DNA from: a candidate division WWE3 bacterium UBA1379
GTDB lineage: Bacteria > Patescibacteriota > WWE3 > UBA101185 > UBA10185
Assembly (NCBI GenBank): GCA_002305475.1
Contig: DBRB01000003.1
Coordinates: forward strand, 111,844 to 175,843
Length of the DNA stretch: 64,000 nucleotides
Direction of reading: 5' to 3'
The notes beneath the pieces were generated by a model that saw only the letters and a list, made by a program, of their open reading frames with translations, did not search any database and was not told where the DNA came from. A program made the translations under genes and the position numbers. Below, piece after piece: positions 1 to 8,487 of this stretch (position 1 is its first letter; every line of letters starts with the position of its first letter).

Positions 1-183
1 AAATTCCTCCCATTTATCGGGATCATGACCGAACCATTTTCGTAATTCAGTAGAGGGAGAGATATCTTTAAGCCATAAGTCTATATGAGCTTTTTCTTTA
101 GAAACTCCCCGTGGCCATAATCTATCAACAAGTATTCTATAACCATCTTCCTTATCGTATAGGTCATAGATTCTTTTAAGCAT
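1..183 (-). CDS. DUF488 (YeaO-like) family protein, partial; the start codon is at 183 and the C-terminus runs off the left edge of the window
   Basis: The reverse-strand translation from the ATG (plus-strand cat at 181-183) reads [61 protein letters not shown]. This matches the DUF488 pattern recalled from memory ([14 protein letters not shown]...[22 protein letters not shown]). It is not in the ORF track because it is truncated by the window edge. Confidence 0.55.
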   Translation of the reverse strand, partial: MLKRIYDLYDKEDGYRILVDRLWPRGVSKEKAHIDLWLKDISPSTELRKWFGHDPDKWEEF

Positions 184-246
184 TATTTGCATGTGTATGT
201 GATAACAATTACGAGAAGGTTTGTCAAAAAAAAGTGCATGAATATT

Positions 247-1209
247 TTATTTTGATAATTGCTCAATGCTACTGGGTAAGGTTACATAGAAGTAATCATC
301 AGGACTATGAAAGATACCGATGACACCAAAGGGTTTTCCCCTATAGACTATCTCATCCTTTAGAACTTTAGCCGGGTCTTTTTCATCTAAAGTCAGTTTA
401 TGCACACTCCCTTCGTTGAAACTGCCAAAGTAGAAATCATTACCTACAAATGTGCATTGGGTGGGTGTGATAACGGGTGTATAAGTTTTAATAGGGTTGA
501 TATAACGATTATCCTTTGAAATTCCCATTACCTCAGGCCACCCGTAATTTCCCCCCTTTTCTATGATATTAATTTCGTCATTATTATCAGGACCTACATC
601 ACATATATAAAGCTTTTTTGTTTTCGGATGAAAGGCAAGTCCAAATGGGTTTCTGTGACCGTATGAGTACACAGGTGAGTTAGGATAGGGATTATCCTGT
701 GGGATACTTCCGTCAGAGTTTATCCGTAGAATCTTACCTCCTAGCCAGTTTATATCCTGAGCTTTAACTTTAATTTCATTCGGGATGCCAACTCCAATAT
801 AGAGGGTTTTATCTTCGGCAAAAGTAATAATACCGCCGTTATGGATCATGCCAGCCGGGATGTTATCTAGAATAATCTGTTCGTTACTTCCGTCATCCTT
901 TATTCTCACTACTCTGTTGTAAAAGTCTTTATTATTAGTCCCTGTCGTATAGTAGCAATAAATATATGAGTTAGACTCAAAATCCGGATCCAGAGCAATT
1001 CCTAACAGCCCTGTTTCATGATGTCCGATTAAAGGTACAATCGGAAAAGTTTTAATTAATCTATAATTTTCATGATCGATCTGCCATAAACGACCCGTAA
1101 TTCTTTCACTTAAGTAAACTCTATTATCTTGTGAAAATGCCAACGTTATAGGAAAGCCAAAATCTTCAATGGACTCGGGTAAAATCATAGAAGTATTATT
1201 GGCGCTCAT
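247..1209 (-). CDS. PQQ-dependent sugar dehydrogenase (soluble glucose/sorbosone dehydrogenase-like beta-propeller); no obvious signal peptide
   Basis: Motifs GLLGIALDPDF and YSYGHRNPFGLAF are typical of the soluble glucose/sorbosone dehydrogenase family. It is a paralog of the ORF at 52931..54067 (GLLGMVLHPDF, YSYGHRNPQGLTW). Confidence 0.7.
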   Translation of the reverse strand: MSANNTSMILPESIEDFGFPITLAFSQDNRVYLSERITGRLWQIDHENYRLIKTFPIVPLIGHHETGLLGIALDPDFESNSYIYCYYTTGTNNKDFYNRVVRIKDDGSNEQIILDNIPAGMIHNGGIITFAEDKTLYIGVGIPNEIKVKAQDINWLGGKILRINSDGSIPQDNPYPNSPVYSYGHRNPFGLAFHPKTKKLYICDVGPDNNDEINIIEKGGNYGWPEVMGISKDNRYINPIKTYTPVITPTQCTFVGNDFYFGSFNEGSVHKLTLDEKDPAKVLKDEIVYRGKPFGVIGIFHSPDDYFYVTLPSSIEQLSK

Positions 1210-1273
1210 GCAGATACAATAGTGGTTAATCTACAAAGATAGGTATTTTATTGCATAAAGGTATGTAAGAATA

Positions 1274-1361
1274 TGGTGGGCGAAGAGGGAGTCGAACCCT
1301 CACGAGCTTAGAAGCCCAGCAGATTTTAAGTCTGCCGCGTATACCATTCCGCCACTCGCCC
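1274..1361 (-). tRNA. tRNA-Leu, anticodon TAA; type II long variable arm; CCA encoded
   Basis: The reverse complement folds as a cloverleaf. The acceptor stem is GGGCGAG/CTCTTCGCCC. The anticodon stem is GCAGA/TCTGC around the loop CTTAAAA, giving anticodon UAA. It has a long variable arm and a GGTTCGACTCC T-arm, and ends in ACCA. Confidence 0.85.
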
Positions 1362-1377
1362 AAAGTATAATAATATT

Positions 1378-1770
1378 TTAGCTTCGAATAATGTCTGCAA
1401 TTCTTGAAAGTTCTTCATCCGTAGCTCTATCCCCTACCCCTTCTACTTCAATCTGACCCTTGTACATCGGTAAAAGTTTAGCATGAAGGTGGTCAACGTC
1501 AACGCCTTCAAAAACCACTTTAGTCCTATAAATATTTTCCAGTTTATTGTCTAGAAGTTTTCCGACTTTCTGAACTGCTTCCATCAGTTTGCATGCCACA
1601 TCCGTATCTGTATCAACAATATAGCTTGAGTGATGTTCTTTAGGTATTACCAAAGTCATACCTTCAGCTGCCGGTTTAATATCCAGGAAAGCAATATGGT
1701 TTTCATCTTCCCAAATTTTATAACTAGGCGCTTCACCTCGAACTATTTTACAGAAAATGCAGTCTTCCAT
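1378..1770 (-). CDS. HIT (histidine triad) family hydrolase; the triad region reads VDVDHLHAK and looks partly degenerate
   Basis: The N-terminus CIFCKIVRGEAPSYKIWEDENHIAFLDIKPAAEGMTLVIPKEHH is a textbook HIT N-terminal region. The C-terminal motif DHLHAKLL has two of the three canonical His residues. Confidence 0.8.
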   Translation of the reverse strand: MEDCIFCKIVRGEAPSYKIWEDENHIAFLDIKPAAEGMTLVIPKEHHSSYIVDTDTDVACKLMEAVQKVGKLLDNKLENIYRTKVVFEGVDVDHLHAKLLPMYKGQIEVEGVGDRATDEELSRIADIIRS

Positions 1771-1819
1771 AGGATTTTCCTTTTATAGTCTCTCGAACGA
1801 AATACAATTTGGCTGTATT

Positions 1820-3121
1820 TTAACTTATAATAGTATGTTTGGTAAAGGATCTATTTCTATGAGAATGAATACTGATTACTTCATCCTCATCAACTGATTC
1901 AAGTTCTTTATTAGGCATTCTGATTTTTCTAGGTACTACTGTATAACTGGCTATGGATATAGATGCTAGAAATATTCCCACTGCGGCAAAAGACCCATGG
2001 CGACCCATTATTGATGCAAAATACCCGGATAATATTGGACCAAATATGTAGCCTATACTAGCTGAGGATTGTTCCAGGCCGATCATGTCATTACCAAACC
2101 CCTTCAATCTTGTGATGTATTCTTCATATGTGGCAAATAGGGCTGGTGCAGCAATTGCCCGAAAAGTTGCAGCTAGAATAACGAAAAACAGCATCATGTA
2201 AATACTGGTAGAGAAACTAACCAATATTAGGAATAATCCTGCTAAGGTTCCGCTGATAAATGCCGTTTTCTTTTTACCAAATTTCGGAGATATTCTTCCG
2301 GCCAGTAATCCCATAACCATATGGGGAAACATATATGCACTCATAAATGCAGCACCAAGAGCATTAGTATTTTTTATCTGTTCAGCAAAAACAATACCTA
2401 CTGTCCAGAAGAATGCATCTGTCATGACTAGTGCTACAGTAAATATCCATAACGGCCAGATATGTTTGAGAAGTATTTTCCAGATCTTTAGTTCGGCCTT
2501 AATTCCTGGTTTTACTATAGATGGTTTTTCTACCTTAACTTTTTCACATTTAAAAAGGAATGCTAAACCGCAGACACTAGCTAACAGAAAGATGGCAAGC
2601 GAGACCTCATAAGAAAGAATAATATTTATTGTTAATGCAAAAGTAGCTATTGCAGGACCGATTAAATACGCTAGAGACGAATTTGCAGATAGAATTCCCC
2701 AGACTTTAGAATAGTCAGCTTTATGGGTGTTTTCCTTAATGTAATTGAAAAGCGTAAATCCGATGGTTTCATAATAAATTCCCCATAGTGCTAGCCCTAT
2801 TACTGCTGTTACTACATGAGAAGGAAACACCATGTATACAATCGGTAGGACGATGGAAGCAAGCAATGTTATGTATAAGAAAAATCTGAAATTTTTTGTT
2901 CTAAATTTATCTCCTGCAAAAAAATCAAATATCAAACCGACTAATGAAGATAATGAAAAAATTATCCCCAAAAGAAATGCGTCATGGAGAATATTTTCCA
3001 GATACATGGGTGTGGCGTAAGAAATAATGGCATCCCCCAGTGAAATTAAGAAAATTACAACAATAAATGATGGTAAGGATTTGGATATTAGAAGTGGTGG
3101 GTTTCTTCTTGTCAATAACAT
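1820..3121 (-). CDS. MFS transporter (about 12 TM)
   Basis: The 433-aa protein has alternating hydrophobic helices. It carries an MFS-like loop motif AGRISPKFGKKKT between TM2 and TM3, and repeated N and C halves. Confidence 0.65.
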   Translation of the reverse strand: MLLTRRNPPLLISKSLPSFIVVIFLISLGDAIISYATPMYLENILHDAFLLGIIFSLSSLVGLIFDFFAGDKFRTKNFRFFLYITLLASIVLPIVYMVFPSHVVTAVIGLALWGIYYETIGFTLFNYIKENTHKADYSKVWGILSANSSLAYLIGPAIATFALTINIILSYEVSLAIFLLASVCGLAFLFKCEKVKVEKPSIVKPGIKAELKIWKILLKHIWPLWIFTVALVMTDAFFWTVGIVFAEQIKNTNALGAAFMSAYMFPHMVMGLLAGRISPKFGKKKTAFISGTLAGLFLILVSFSTSIYMMLFFVILAATFRAIAAPALFATYEEYITRLKGFGNDMIGLEQSSASIGYIFGPILSGYFASIMGRHGSFAAVGIFLASISIASYTVVPRKIRMPNKELESVDEDEVISIHSHRNRSFTKHTIIS

Positions 3122-3133
3122 GGCAGATACATA

Positions 3134-3209
3134 TGGAGCGGTGGACCGGATTCGAACCGGCGACCTTCTCCTTGGAAGGGAGACATTCTACCAACTGAAC
3201 TACCACCGC
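3134..3209 (-). tRNA. tRNA-Gly, anticodon TCC; CCA encoded
   Basis: The reverse complement is GCGGTGGTAGTTCAGTTGGTAGAATGTCTCCCTTCCAAGGAGAAGGTCGCCGGTTCGAATCCGGTCCACCGCTCCA. The acceptor stem is GCGGTGG/CCACCGC and the anticodon loop CTTCCAA gives anticodon UCC. Confidence 0.85.
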
Positions 3210-3456
3210 ACTACCACTTAATTCTAACAGATTACCAACCTATTAGAATACGTCCTTTTTATAGGGATTAAATTTATCCCTTGCGTTCTTTGGACTTCGG
3301 GGACATTTTATATGATTTAAAGTAAAAAATATAGTCCTCTAATCAGTGAGTACCTTTGAAAGAATAGAAAGGGTATGCTTTACATTCCTGGACAAGTACA
3401 CCCTATTTTATCTACCAGCATTCGGTTTCTCTGAGTGATTCCGGTATATTGAATCT

Positions 3457-3831
3457 TTAATCTGATACAAAGCTACTACGGACATAAAACTCGTAACCCT
3501 TTCCCATGTTAGCTTCAAAATTTTCTAATGCATCCTGGGTTCCGACATTTAATGCGTAGCTACCATCACTGTCGTCCAAAATAACAAAGAATTCATTTTC
3601 TCTTGGAACAGGGATAGGTATGTCCCCCACTTTGAGAGTCGGGTTCTTGACTTCCCAACCTGTTCCTCTGATTTCTCTTAATGCCGTCTCACCATTTTTT
3701 GTTGTGACACCGATACTTTTATACCACACAGCACCGTTTACTTTACCAGAAGATCTCGGTAAACAGGATGTTAAGACGGATGCAGAAAGAAGTGAGATTG
3801 CAATTAAGAGTATGCAAGACTTACTTAACAT
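3457..3831 (-). CDS. small secreted lipoprotein-like protein (hypothetical)
   Basis: The N-terminal signal peptide MLSKSCILLIAISLLSASVLTSC carries a lipobox-like LTSC. The rest is a soluble domain with no recognisable catalytic motif. Confidence 0.45.
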   Translation of the reverse strand: MLSKSCILLIAISLLSASVLTSCLPRSSGKVNGAVWYKSIGVTTKNGETALREIRGTGWEVKNPTLKVGDIPIPVPRENEFFVILDDSDGSYALNVGTQDALENFEANMGKGYEFYVRSSFVSD

Positions 3832-3945
3832 TTTGCTCCCTCCTATATTATTATTCTTTGGTTATTGGATAAATTGATTATACAATAATCCTTGTGATTT
3901 AGTAGAAAAGGTATATCAATATAATAAAAAAAGTGTAATTAATTA

Positions 3946-4022
3946 TGGCGCTCCCGGGGTGATTCGAACACCCGACCTCTTCCTTAGAAGGGAATTGCTC
4001 TATCCAGCTGAGCTACGGGAGC
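3946..4022 (-). tRNA. tRNA-Arg, anticodon TCT; CCA encoded
   Basis: The reverse complement is GCTCCCGTAGCTCAGCTGGATAGAGCAATTCCCTTCTAAGGAAGAGGTCGGGTGTTCGAATCACCCGGGAGCGCCA. The anticodon loop CTTCTAA gives anticodon UCU, which reads AGA, the preferred Arg codon in AT-rich genomes. Confidence 0.85.
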
Positions 4023-4052
4023 AAAATGCTACAACCTAAATCAGACGCTATT

Positions 4053-4499
4053 TTACCTCAATTTTTTCAACAAGTCAGCCTTTTTGCGGCTGTATTCTTT
4101 TTTGGTCAGTTTTCCCCTATTCAGCAATTCGTTTAATCTACCCAGGGATCGTTCGTAATCCAATGATATACTGGAAACCTTTTCTTCCTCTCCTTTATGT
4201 TTGGAAGCAGAATATATTTTCTGATCAATTATTTTCTTTGCCTTAATTGCATCCTTTTTTCCGATAAATTTTACTGTTATATGTTCATGGGCATGTGTGA
4301 AGATATTTAGAGTGGCAAAGAACAACCCTCTCTCCAGATCTATTCTAACAATATGACTGTATGCCATTGTCACTTCCTTCAGCCGGAAAAATTTCCGTTT
4401 TCTATACACCAGCAAGTCATCATAAACATATAAGTAGGGAGGCCAGGGGGTATGGTTTAATTCCCGGTTCCCATGCAATACCATCAATAAAGTAGACAT
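4053..4499 (-). CDS. SHOCT-domain protein (N-terminal PH-like region with a C-terminal SHOCT-like oligomerisation motif)
   Basis: The C-terminus RLNELLNRGKLTKKEYSRKKADLLKKL matches the SHOCT pattern (L..L...G.IT.EEY...K..LL). Confidence 0.5.
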   Translation of the reverse strand: MSTLLMVLHGNRELNHTPWPPYLYVYDDLLVYRKRKFFRLKEVTMAYSHIVRIDLERGLFFATLNIFTHAHEHITVKFIGKKDAIKAKKIIDQKIYSASKHKGEEEKVSSISLDYERSLGRLNELLNRGKLTKKEYSRKKADLLKKLR

Positions 4500-4547
4500 A
4501 GTACAGTCAGTTTACGCTCAAAAACGTATTTGTAAAAATTGACTAGT

Positions 4548-4817
4548 TTAGAACCAGTCGTCCCCGTTTTCTGCACTTTCCAGCTCTCTGTCTATGAGCC
4601 AGTTATCTATGTCATGCTTTTCTACTTTTTTTGGTTTTTGTGGTTTTGTGAGAAGTTGGGCAATTTCCTGTTCTTCAGGATCAAATTCTTCAGGTTTGAC
4701 TATTTCTACTTCGTCGTCAAGCTCCTCAAGATTTACATCAACTTTTTTATTTGATTTATTTTTTGAGTTTTTAACGGATTTAGTACCGTTTTTTGTTTCC
4801 TTATTAGGCATGATCAT
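4548..4817 (-). CDS. hypothetical small protein with a Lys-rich N-terminus and a strongly acidic C-terminus
   Basis: The 89-aa ORF has no recognised motif. It is placed only because it fits the coding strand between its neighbours. Confidence 0.35.
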   Translation of the reverse strand: MIMPNKETKNGTKSVKNSKNKSNKKVDVNLEELDDEVEIVKPEEFDPEEQEIAQLLTKPQKPKKVEKHDIDNWLIDRELESAENGDDWF

Positions 4818-4912
4818 TATTATGCATATCTGAGAAATGTTGTCTAGTAGTTAATGAGTTAAAAAAGTAGAACGGAGTAGGAATAACCCTTTTACTCCGT
4901 TCGTATACTTTA

Positions 4913-5185
4913 TTAGCACATCTTTAGATTTTGCTCAGTCTGTACATCTGTATATCCCTCTGTGGCTATAAGAATCAACTTTTTCCAATTTTGCACAATA
5001 AACGATGCCGTATCCTTCGCTGATGAAAACGTACGGGCAGTATCAATAGGACCAAACTCAATCGGGTCGTAAATATTCCCTTGGAGGTATTCACCACTAA
5101 CCATGTGACGTAATCTATACATTCTACTTTTATCAATTTCAATAATAACTGGGATTCTTTTAAAATTACTGGTAACCGTTGTCAC
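4913..5185 (-). CDS. hypothetical protein
   Basis: The 90-aa ORF lies upstream of and divergent from trxB. No motifs were recognised. Confidence 0.35.
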   Translation of the reverse strand: MTTVTSNFKRIPVIIEIDKSRMYRLRHMVSGEYLQGNIYDPIEFGPIDTARTFSSAKDTASFIVQNWKKLILIATEGYTDVQTEQNLKMC

Positions 5186-5227
5186 GTTAAACTCCTTTCT
5201 TTTTGGAGAGGCTGATATAATAAGTAT

Positions 5228-6172
5228 ATGAATGATAACAAAATTTACGACACTTTAATAATCGGCGGAGGACCGGCTGGTTTAACCGCATCCATATATA
5301 CATCCAGAGCAATGTTATCCACGTTGGTTATTGCAGGACAACCTAGCGGAGGTCAGTTAACCTTAACCAGTGAGGTGGAAAACTACCCGGGATTTCCTAG
5401 GGGAATTATTGGACCGGAATTGATCAGTAATTTTAAAGATCAGGCTCAAAGATTTGGAGCAGTCATGGTAGAAGAAAATGCGGTGGAAATTTCTGGATCA
5501 TATGATGAATGTTTTACGGTGAAAACTGATGCTGGAAATATATATACAGGAAGAACTGTAATATTAGCTATGGGAGCATCCGCTAAATGGTTGGGTCTGG
5601 AAAGTGAACAAAGACTCCGAGGTAAGGGAGTGTCAGCTTGTGCCACTTGTGACGCATTTTTCTTCAAAGATAAAGTTGTGGCTATAGTAGGTGGTGGAGA
5701 TGCTGCCATGGAAGAAGCAACCTATCTAACAAAATTCGCAGGCAAAGTATATGTATTAGTCAGAGGTAGTCAGCAGGAGATGAAAGCTAGTAAGTTCATG
5801 CAGAACAAAGCACAAAATGAACCTAAAATTGAGTTTATGTTCAATACGGAAGTAACAGAAGTGTTGGGTCAGGATAAAGTACAGGGATTAAAGGTAAAGA
5901 ATAATCTGACCGGTGAAGAAAAAACATTGAATGATGTAGAGGGATTATTTATTGCGATCGGACATAAACCAAATACCGATTTCTTGGAAGGATTTGTTGA
6001 GCTTGGAAAGTTTGGATACATCCATGTCATGGAAAATACCAGAACTTCAAAAGAAGGAGTGTTTGTGGCAGGAGATGTATCGGATTTCAAATACCGACAG
6101 GCAGTTACAGCTGCAGGCTTGGGATGCATGGCCGCCATAGACGTTGAGAAGTTTTTAACCAAGAAAGAATAA
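5228..6172 (+). CDS. trxB: thioredoxin-disulfide reductase
   Basis: It has the FAD motif GGGPAG, the NADPH motif GGGDAAMEEA and the redox-active CATCD (CxxC). The length of 314 aa is typical of low-Mr thioredoxin reductase. Confidence 0.92.
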   Translation: MNDNKIYDTLIIGGGPAGLTASIYTSRAMLSTLVIAGQPSGGQLTLTSEVENYPGFPRGIIGPELISNFKDQAQRFGAVMVEENAVEISGSYDECFTVKTDAGNIYTGRTVILAMGASAKWLGLESEQRLRGKGVSACATCDAFFFKDKVVAIVGGGDAAMEEATYLTKFAGKVYVLVRGSQQEMKASKFMQNKAQNEPKIEFMFNTEVTEVLGQDKVQGLKVKNNLTGEEKTLNDVEGLFIAIGHKPNTDFLEGFVELGKFGYIHVMENTRTSKEGVFVAGDVSDFKYRQAVTAAGLGCMAAIDVEKFLTKKE

Positions 6173-6182
6173 AAAGAAAAAA

Positions 6183-6213
6183 CCAGCCTAAAATGTTCTA
6201 GGCTGGTTTCTTT
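6183..6213. terminator. bidirectional rho-independent terminator between trxB and the convergent Cys-rich gene
   Basis: The hairpin CCAGCCTA-aaatgttc-TAGGCTGG is followed by TTTCTTTT. It is preceded by AAAAAGAAAAAA, which gives a T-run on the minus strand. It sits 11 nt after the trxB stop. Confidence 0.6.
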
Positions 6214-6497
6214 TGGCCCTTCTTCGGTTTATCAATAACCACTTCACCCATGAATATTCCACAGTATGGGCAAAAAAAGCACAATACTTTTTCACCATTT
6301 TTATTGATGACTTTGATATTTTTTGTCTTAGTTCCACACCTTCCGCAATACACAACTTTCTGATTGTTAGAAAGCGTGGGTGACGTGTCCTTTGGTCTTA
6401 GGTTCTTGTTGTGAAAACCATCGTTACATCTCTTGCACAATTCGTCATCTCCTGCTTTATTATGGCAAACACAAACGCCACACTTACAATATTCCAT
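6198..6497 (-). CDS. cysteine-rich small protein (multi-CxxC, zinc-ribbon-like)
   Basis: The 99-aa protein carries many Cys pairs: CKCGVCVC, CKRC, CGRCG and CFFCPYCG. Confidence 0.45.
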   Translation of the reverse strand: MEYCKCGVCVCHNKAGDDELCKRCNDGFHNKNLRPKDTSPTLSNNQKVVYCGRCGTKTKNIKVINKNGEKVLCFFCPYCGIFMGEVVIDKPKKGQKKPA

Positions 6498-6646
6498 GAC
6501 TTCCTCCTTATTTTATTCTATGTGACGAAACCTATAGTATTATAAGTTATTTTACAGATTTCTTCAAGTTATTTAACTCTCCTCTAAACATAGTAAATGA
6601 AAAGTAGGATTTTATAAATACTATATTTTAGGAATTTTCAATTTGG

Positions 6647-6677
6647 GAAAAAAAGTCCATGGCAAAAGTCATGGACT
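6647..6677 (-). terminator. rho-independent terminator for the minus-strand gene 6694..6948
   Basis: Read on the minus strand, the hairpin AGTCCATG-acttttgc-CATGGACT is followed by TTTTTTT. It lies 17 nt downstream of the stop. Confidence 0.6.
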
Positions 6678-6693
6678 ATATGGGTTGAGCATA

Positions 6694-6948
6694 TTATCTT
6701 AGTAAGATACCCTGATTGCTTAATTCATTAAATAATCTGTTAGTTGCTATCCATCCATTACCTTCTCTACAGACTAAGTCGAGATAAAGCAGGTTTTCTA
6801 ATTCAGCTTCCATATTGATATTTGTAATATCAATTCGTTCTTTATCAAAACTATCCGTAATCTCCTTAATACTTAAAGGTCTTGATTTTATTCTATGGTA
6901 CAGATAACTCAGTTGTTCCTCTGTAAGTTTTACGTCAACCCTTGGCAT
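6694..6948 (-). CDS. hypothetical small protein
   Basis: The 84-aa ORF is followed by a clean terminator. No motif was recognised. Confidence 0.4.
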   Translation of the reverse strand: MPRVDVKLTEEQLSYLYHRIKSRPLSIKEITDSFDKERIDITNINMEAELENLLYLDLVCREGNGWIATNRLFNELSNQGILLR

Positions 6949-6984
6949 GATTTTCTCCTTAACAACAGATTGTGATTTGATTAC

Positions 6985-7917
6985 CTATTTATATGCTCTC
7001 CTTCTTAGGAGTGTTCTGACAATGATGAAAACCAGAATAGCCGGAATCCAGATTATTGAGTATACCCCTATCCAGATGAATGCATTTCCCACTCCTCTTA
7101 GTGTTCCGAGTAGGGCTCTTACAGCTTGTTTAAACACAACTTCAGGTCTCCAAGCTTTGTCAGGAGCATAAGGCAGTGATAATTCATCCGTAGACAGATT
7201 CATTGTCACCAGTGATGTGGAAGAGATTCCGTCCATGTACTGAAGCTGTCCTTTTAATGAATCTATTTGTGATTGGATATCAAAAATCTGTTTCTGCACT
7301 CTTAGCATTTCATCAGATGTATTAGCGCTGGTCATAATAGACATAAACTGGGTTTTCAGCTCGTTTAGTACTTCCAGTCTGGCTTCTGCATCCATATACT
7401 GGTCTGTGATGTCTCTTCCGTATGTATTTTCATAGACGACTTTTACGGATTTTGAGCGGGCAAATTGCATAAAGTTTTCCAGTTCACTGGTAGGAATTCT
7501 TACGGATATATGTCCGGTTGCTCCTTCTTCTGGTCTGGAGATTGAAGAATTAACAACGTATCCTTTTTTTACTGATGTCTCATTTTTTATTTCATCCATG
7601 GTACTTTTTACATCCTTAACCAGAAGGGACATATTGGCATCCGTGGCGGTTTTTCTATCTATTGCATCCGGATGAGGGATATTTTGTGGTATAGGCACGG
7701 GCATGTCACTACCGGTATCAGATAAACGTTTTGCAGATGGGCTAAATCCCATTTCTCCGGATATACCCTCGGATGGTACGTATGAAACTACATCCGATGA
7801 ATATTTATTAGCGGATATACTAGAAGTTAAGTTATTGAAATAAGGGAATAATGCAATTAAACCAATAAATAGTAATAGTGCATTCTTTTTTATAAAAGAG
7901 ATTAGTCTTTCCAACAT
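6985..7917 (-). CDS. membrane-anchored protein with an N-terminal TM, a coiled-coil centre and C-terminal TMs; a DUF4349-like architecture is possible
   Basis: It has an N-terminal hydrophobic helix, a central charged and coiled region, and the C-terminal helices FIWIGVYSIIWIPAILVFIIV. The domain name is only a guess. Confidence 0.45.
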   Translation of the reverse strand: MLERLISFIKKNALLLFIGLIALFPYFNNLTSSISANKYSSDVVSYVPSEGISGEMGFSPSAKRLSDTGSDMPVPIPQNIPHPDAIDRKTATDANMSLLVKDVKSTMDEIKNETSVKKGYVVNSSISRPEEGATGHISVRIPTSELENFMQFARSKSVKVVYENTYGRDITDQYMDAEARLEVLNELKTQFMSIMTSANTSDEMLRVQKQIFDIQSQIDSLKGQLQYMDGISSTSLVTMNLSTDELSLPYAPDKAWRPEVVFKQAVRALLGTLRGVGNAFIWIGVYSIIWIPAILVFIIVRTLLRRRAYK

Positions 7918-7974
7918 CTAGATAAATTCTATGCCCATGGATTAGTTTGAGTCAACAAGTTTAAGAAATTATTT

Positions 7975-8487
7975 TTATATTTTTTCTATGGTTGTAACCT
8001 GGGAATTAGGGATGATGATGATTCTATCGTTTTCCCCTTTTATAACGGTGGTTCTCAGATTCATTTCAATTACCGTACCCTCAATTCCGGCAATTTTCAC
8101 TTTATCTCCTACATTGTATTGATTTTCAAAAAGGACAAAGAATCCGGTTACGATATCTTTAACAAGAGCCTGTGACCCAAATCCTACTGCTAGTCCGATT
8201 ATTCCTGCACCTGTAATGATGGGAGCAATATTAATTCCCCACTCGGACATAATCATAATAGCTGCCGTACCTACTATTAAAACGTTCACAATATTGTTGA
8301 ATAAGCTGCCCAAAGTCTGTGCTCTTTTTTCTATACTGCTAACTGAATCGGGATTATTATCCTGAAACCTTTTAACAAAGGTATTAATTAAAATTCCTGC
8401 AAATATCTTTGCCAGGAATGCTATTCCGATAATAATTAACGTAATTATTATGCTTTTAGTTGCTTGCATTGTAGAGTTGATCCACAT
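7975..8487 (-). CDS. MscS-family mechanosensitive-channel-like protein; a short mini-MscS with one or two TMs and the conserved beta domain
   Basis: The motif GDKVKIAGIEGTVIEMNLRTTVIKGENDRIIIIPNSQV matches the MscS beta-domain signature. The protein is only 170 aa. The start may instead be the second Met at 8469. The gene overlaps the 3' end of sodA. Confidence 0.55.
   Translation of the reverse strand: MWINSTMQATKSIIITLIIIGIAFLAKIFAGILINTFVKRFQDNNPDSVSSIEKRAQTLGSLFNNIVNVLIVGTAAIMIMSEWGINIAPIITGAGIIGLAVGFGSQALVKDIVTGFFVLFENQYNVGDKVKIAGIEGTVIEMNLRTTVIKGENDRIIIIPNSQVTTIEKI

Noticed and set aside
2424-3221. Antisense ORFs of 62 to 74 aa inside the MFS transporter gene; similar shadow ORFs occur at 5446..6162, 43052..44974, 45078..46197, 47120..47491, 60851..61202 and elsewhere
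   Set aside because: They lie wholly inside longer, motif-supported genes on the opposite strand. They have low-complexity or AT-driven composition and no start context. They are treated as shadow ORFs.
3262-3283. Short inverted repeat AGGGAT-taaattt-ATCCCT downstream of tRNA-Gly
   Set aside because: The stem is only 6 bp and AT-rich, and the adjacent T-tract is not convincing. It could be a chance occurrence in 30% GC DNA.
1274-4022. Integrated mobile element next to the tRNA genes
   Set aside because: No integrase, recombinase or transposase ORF is present. No duplicated tRNA 3'-end direct repeat was found flanking the region.
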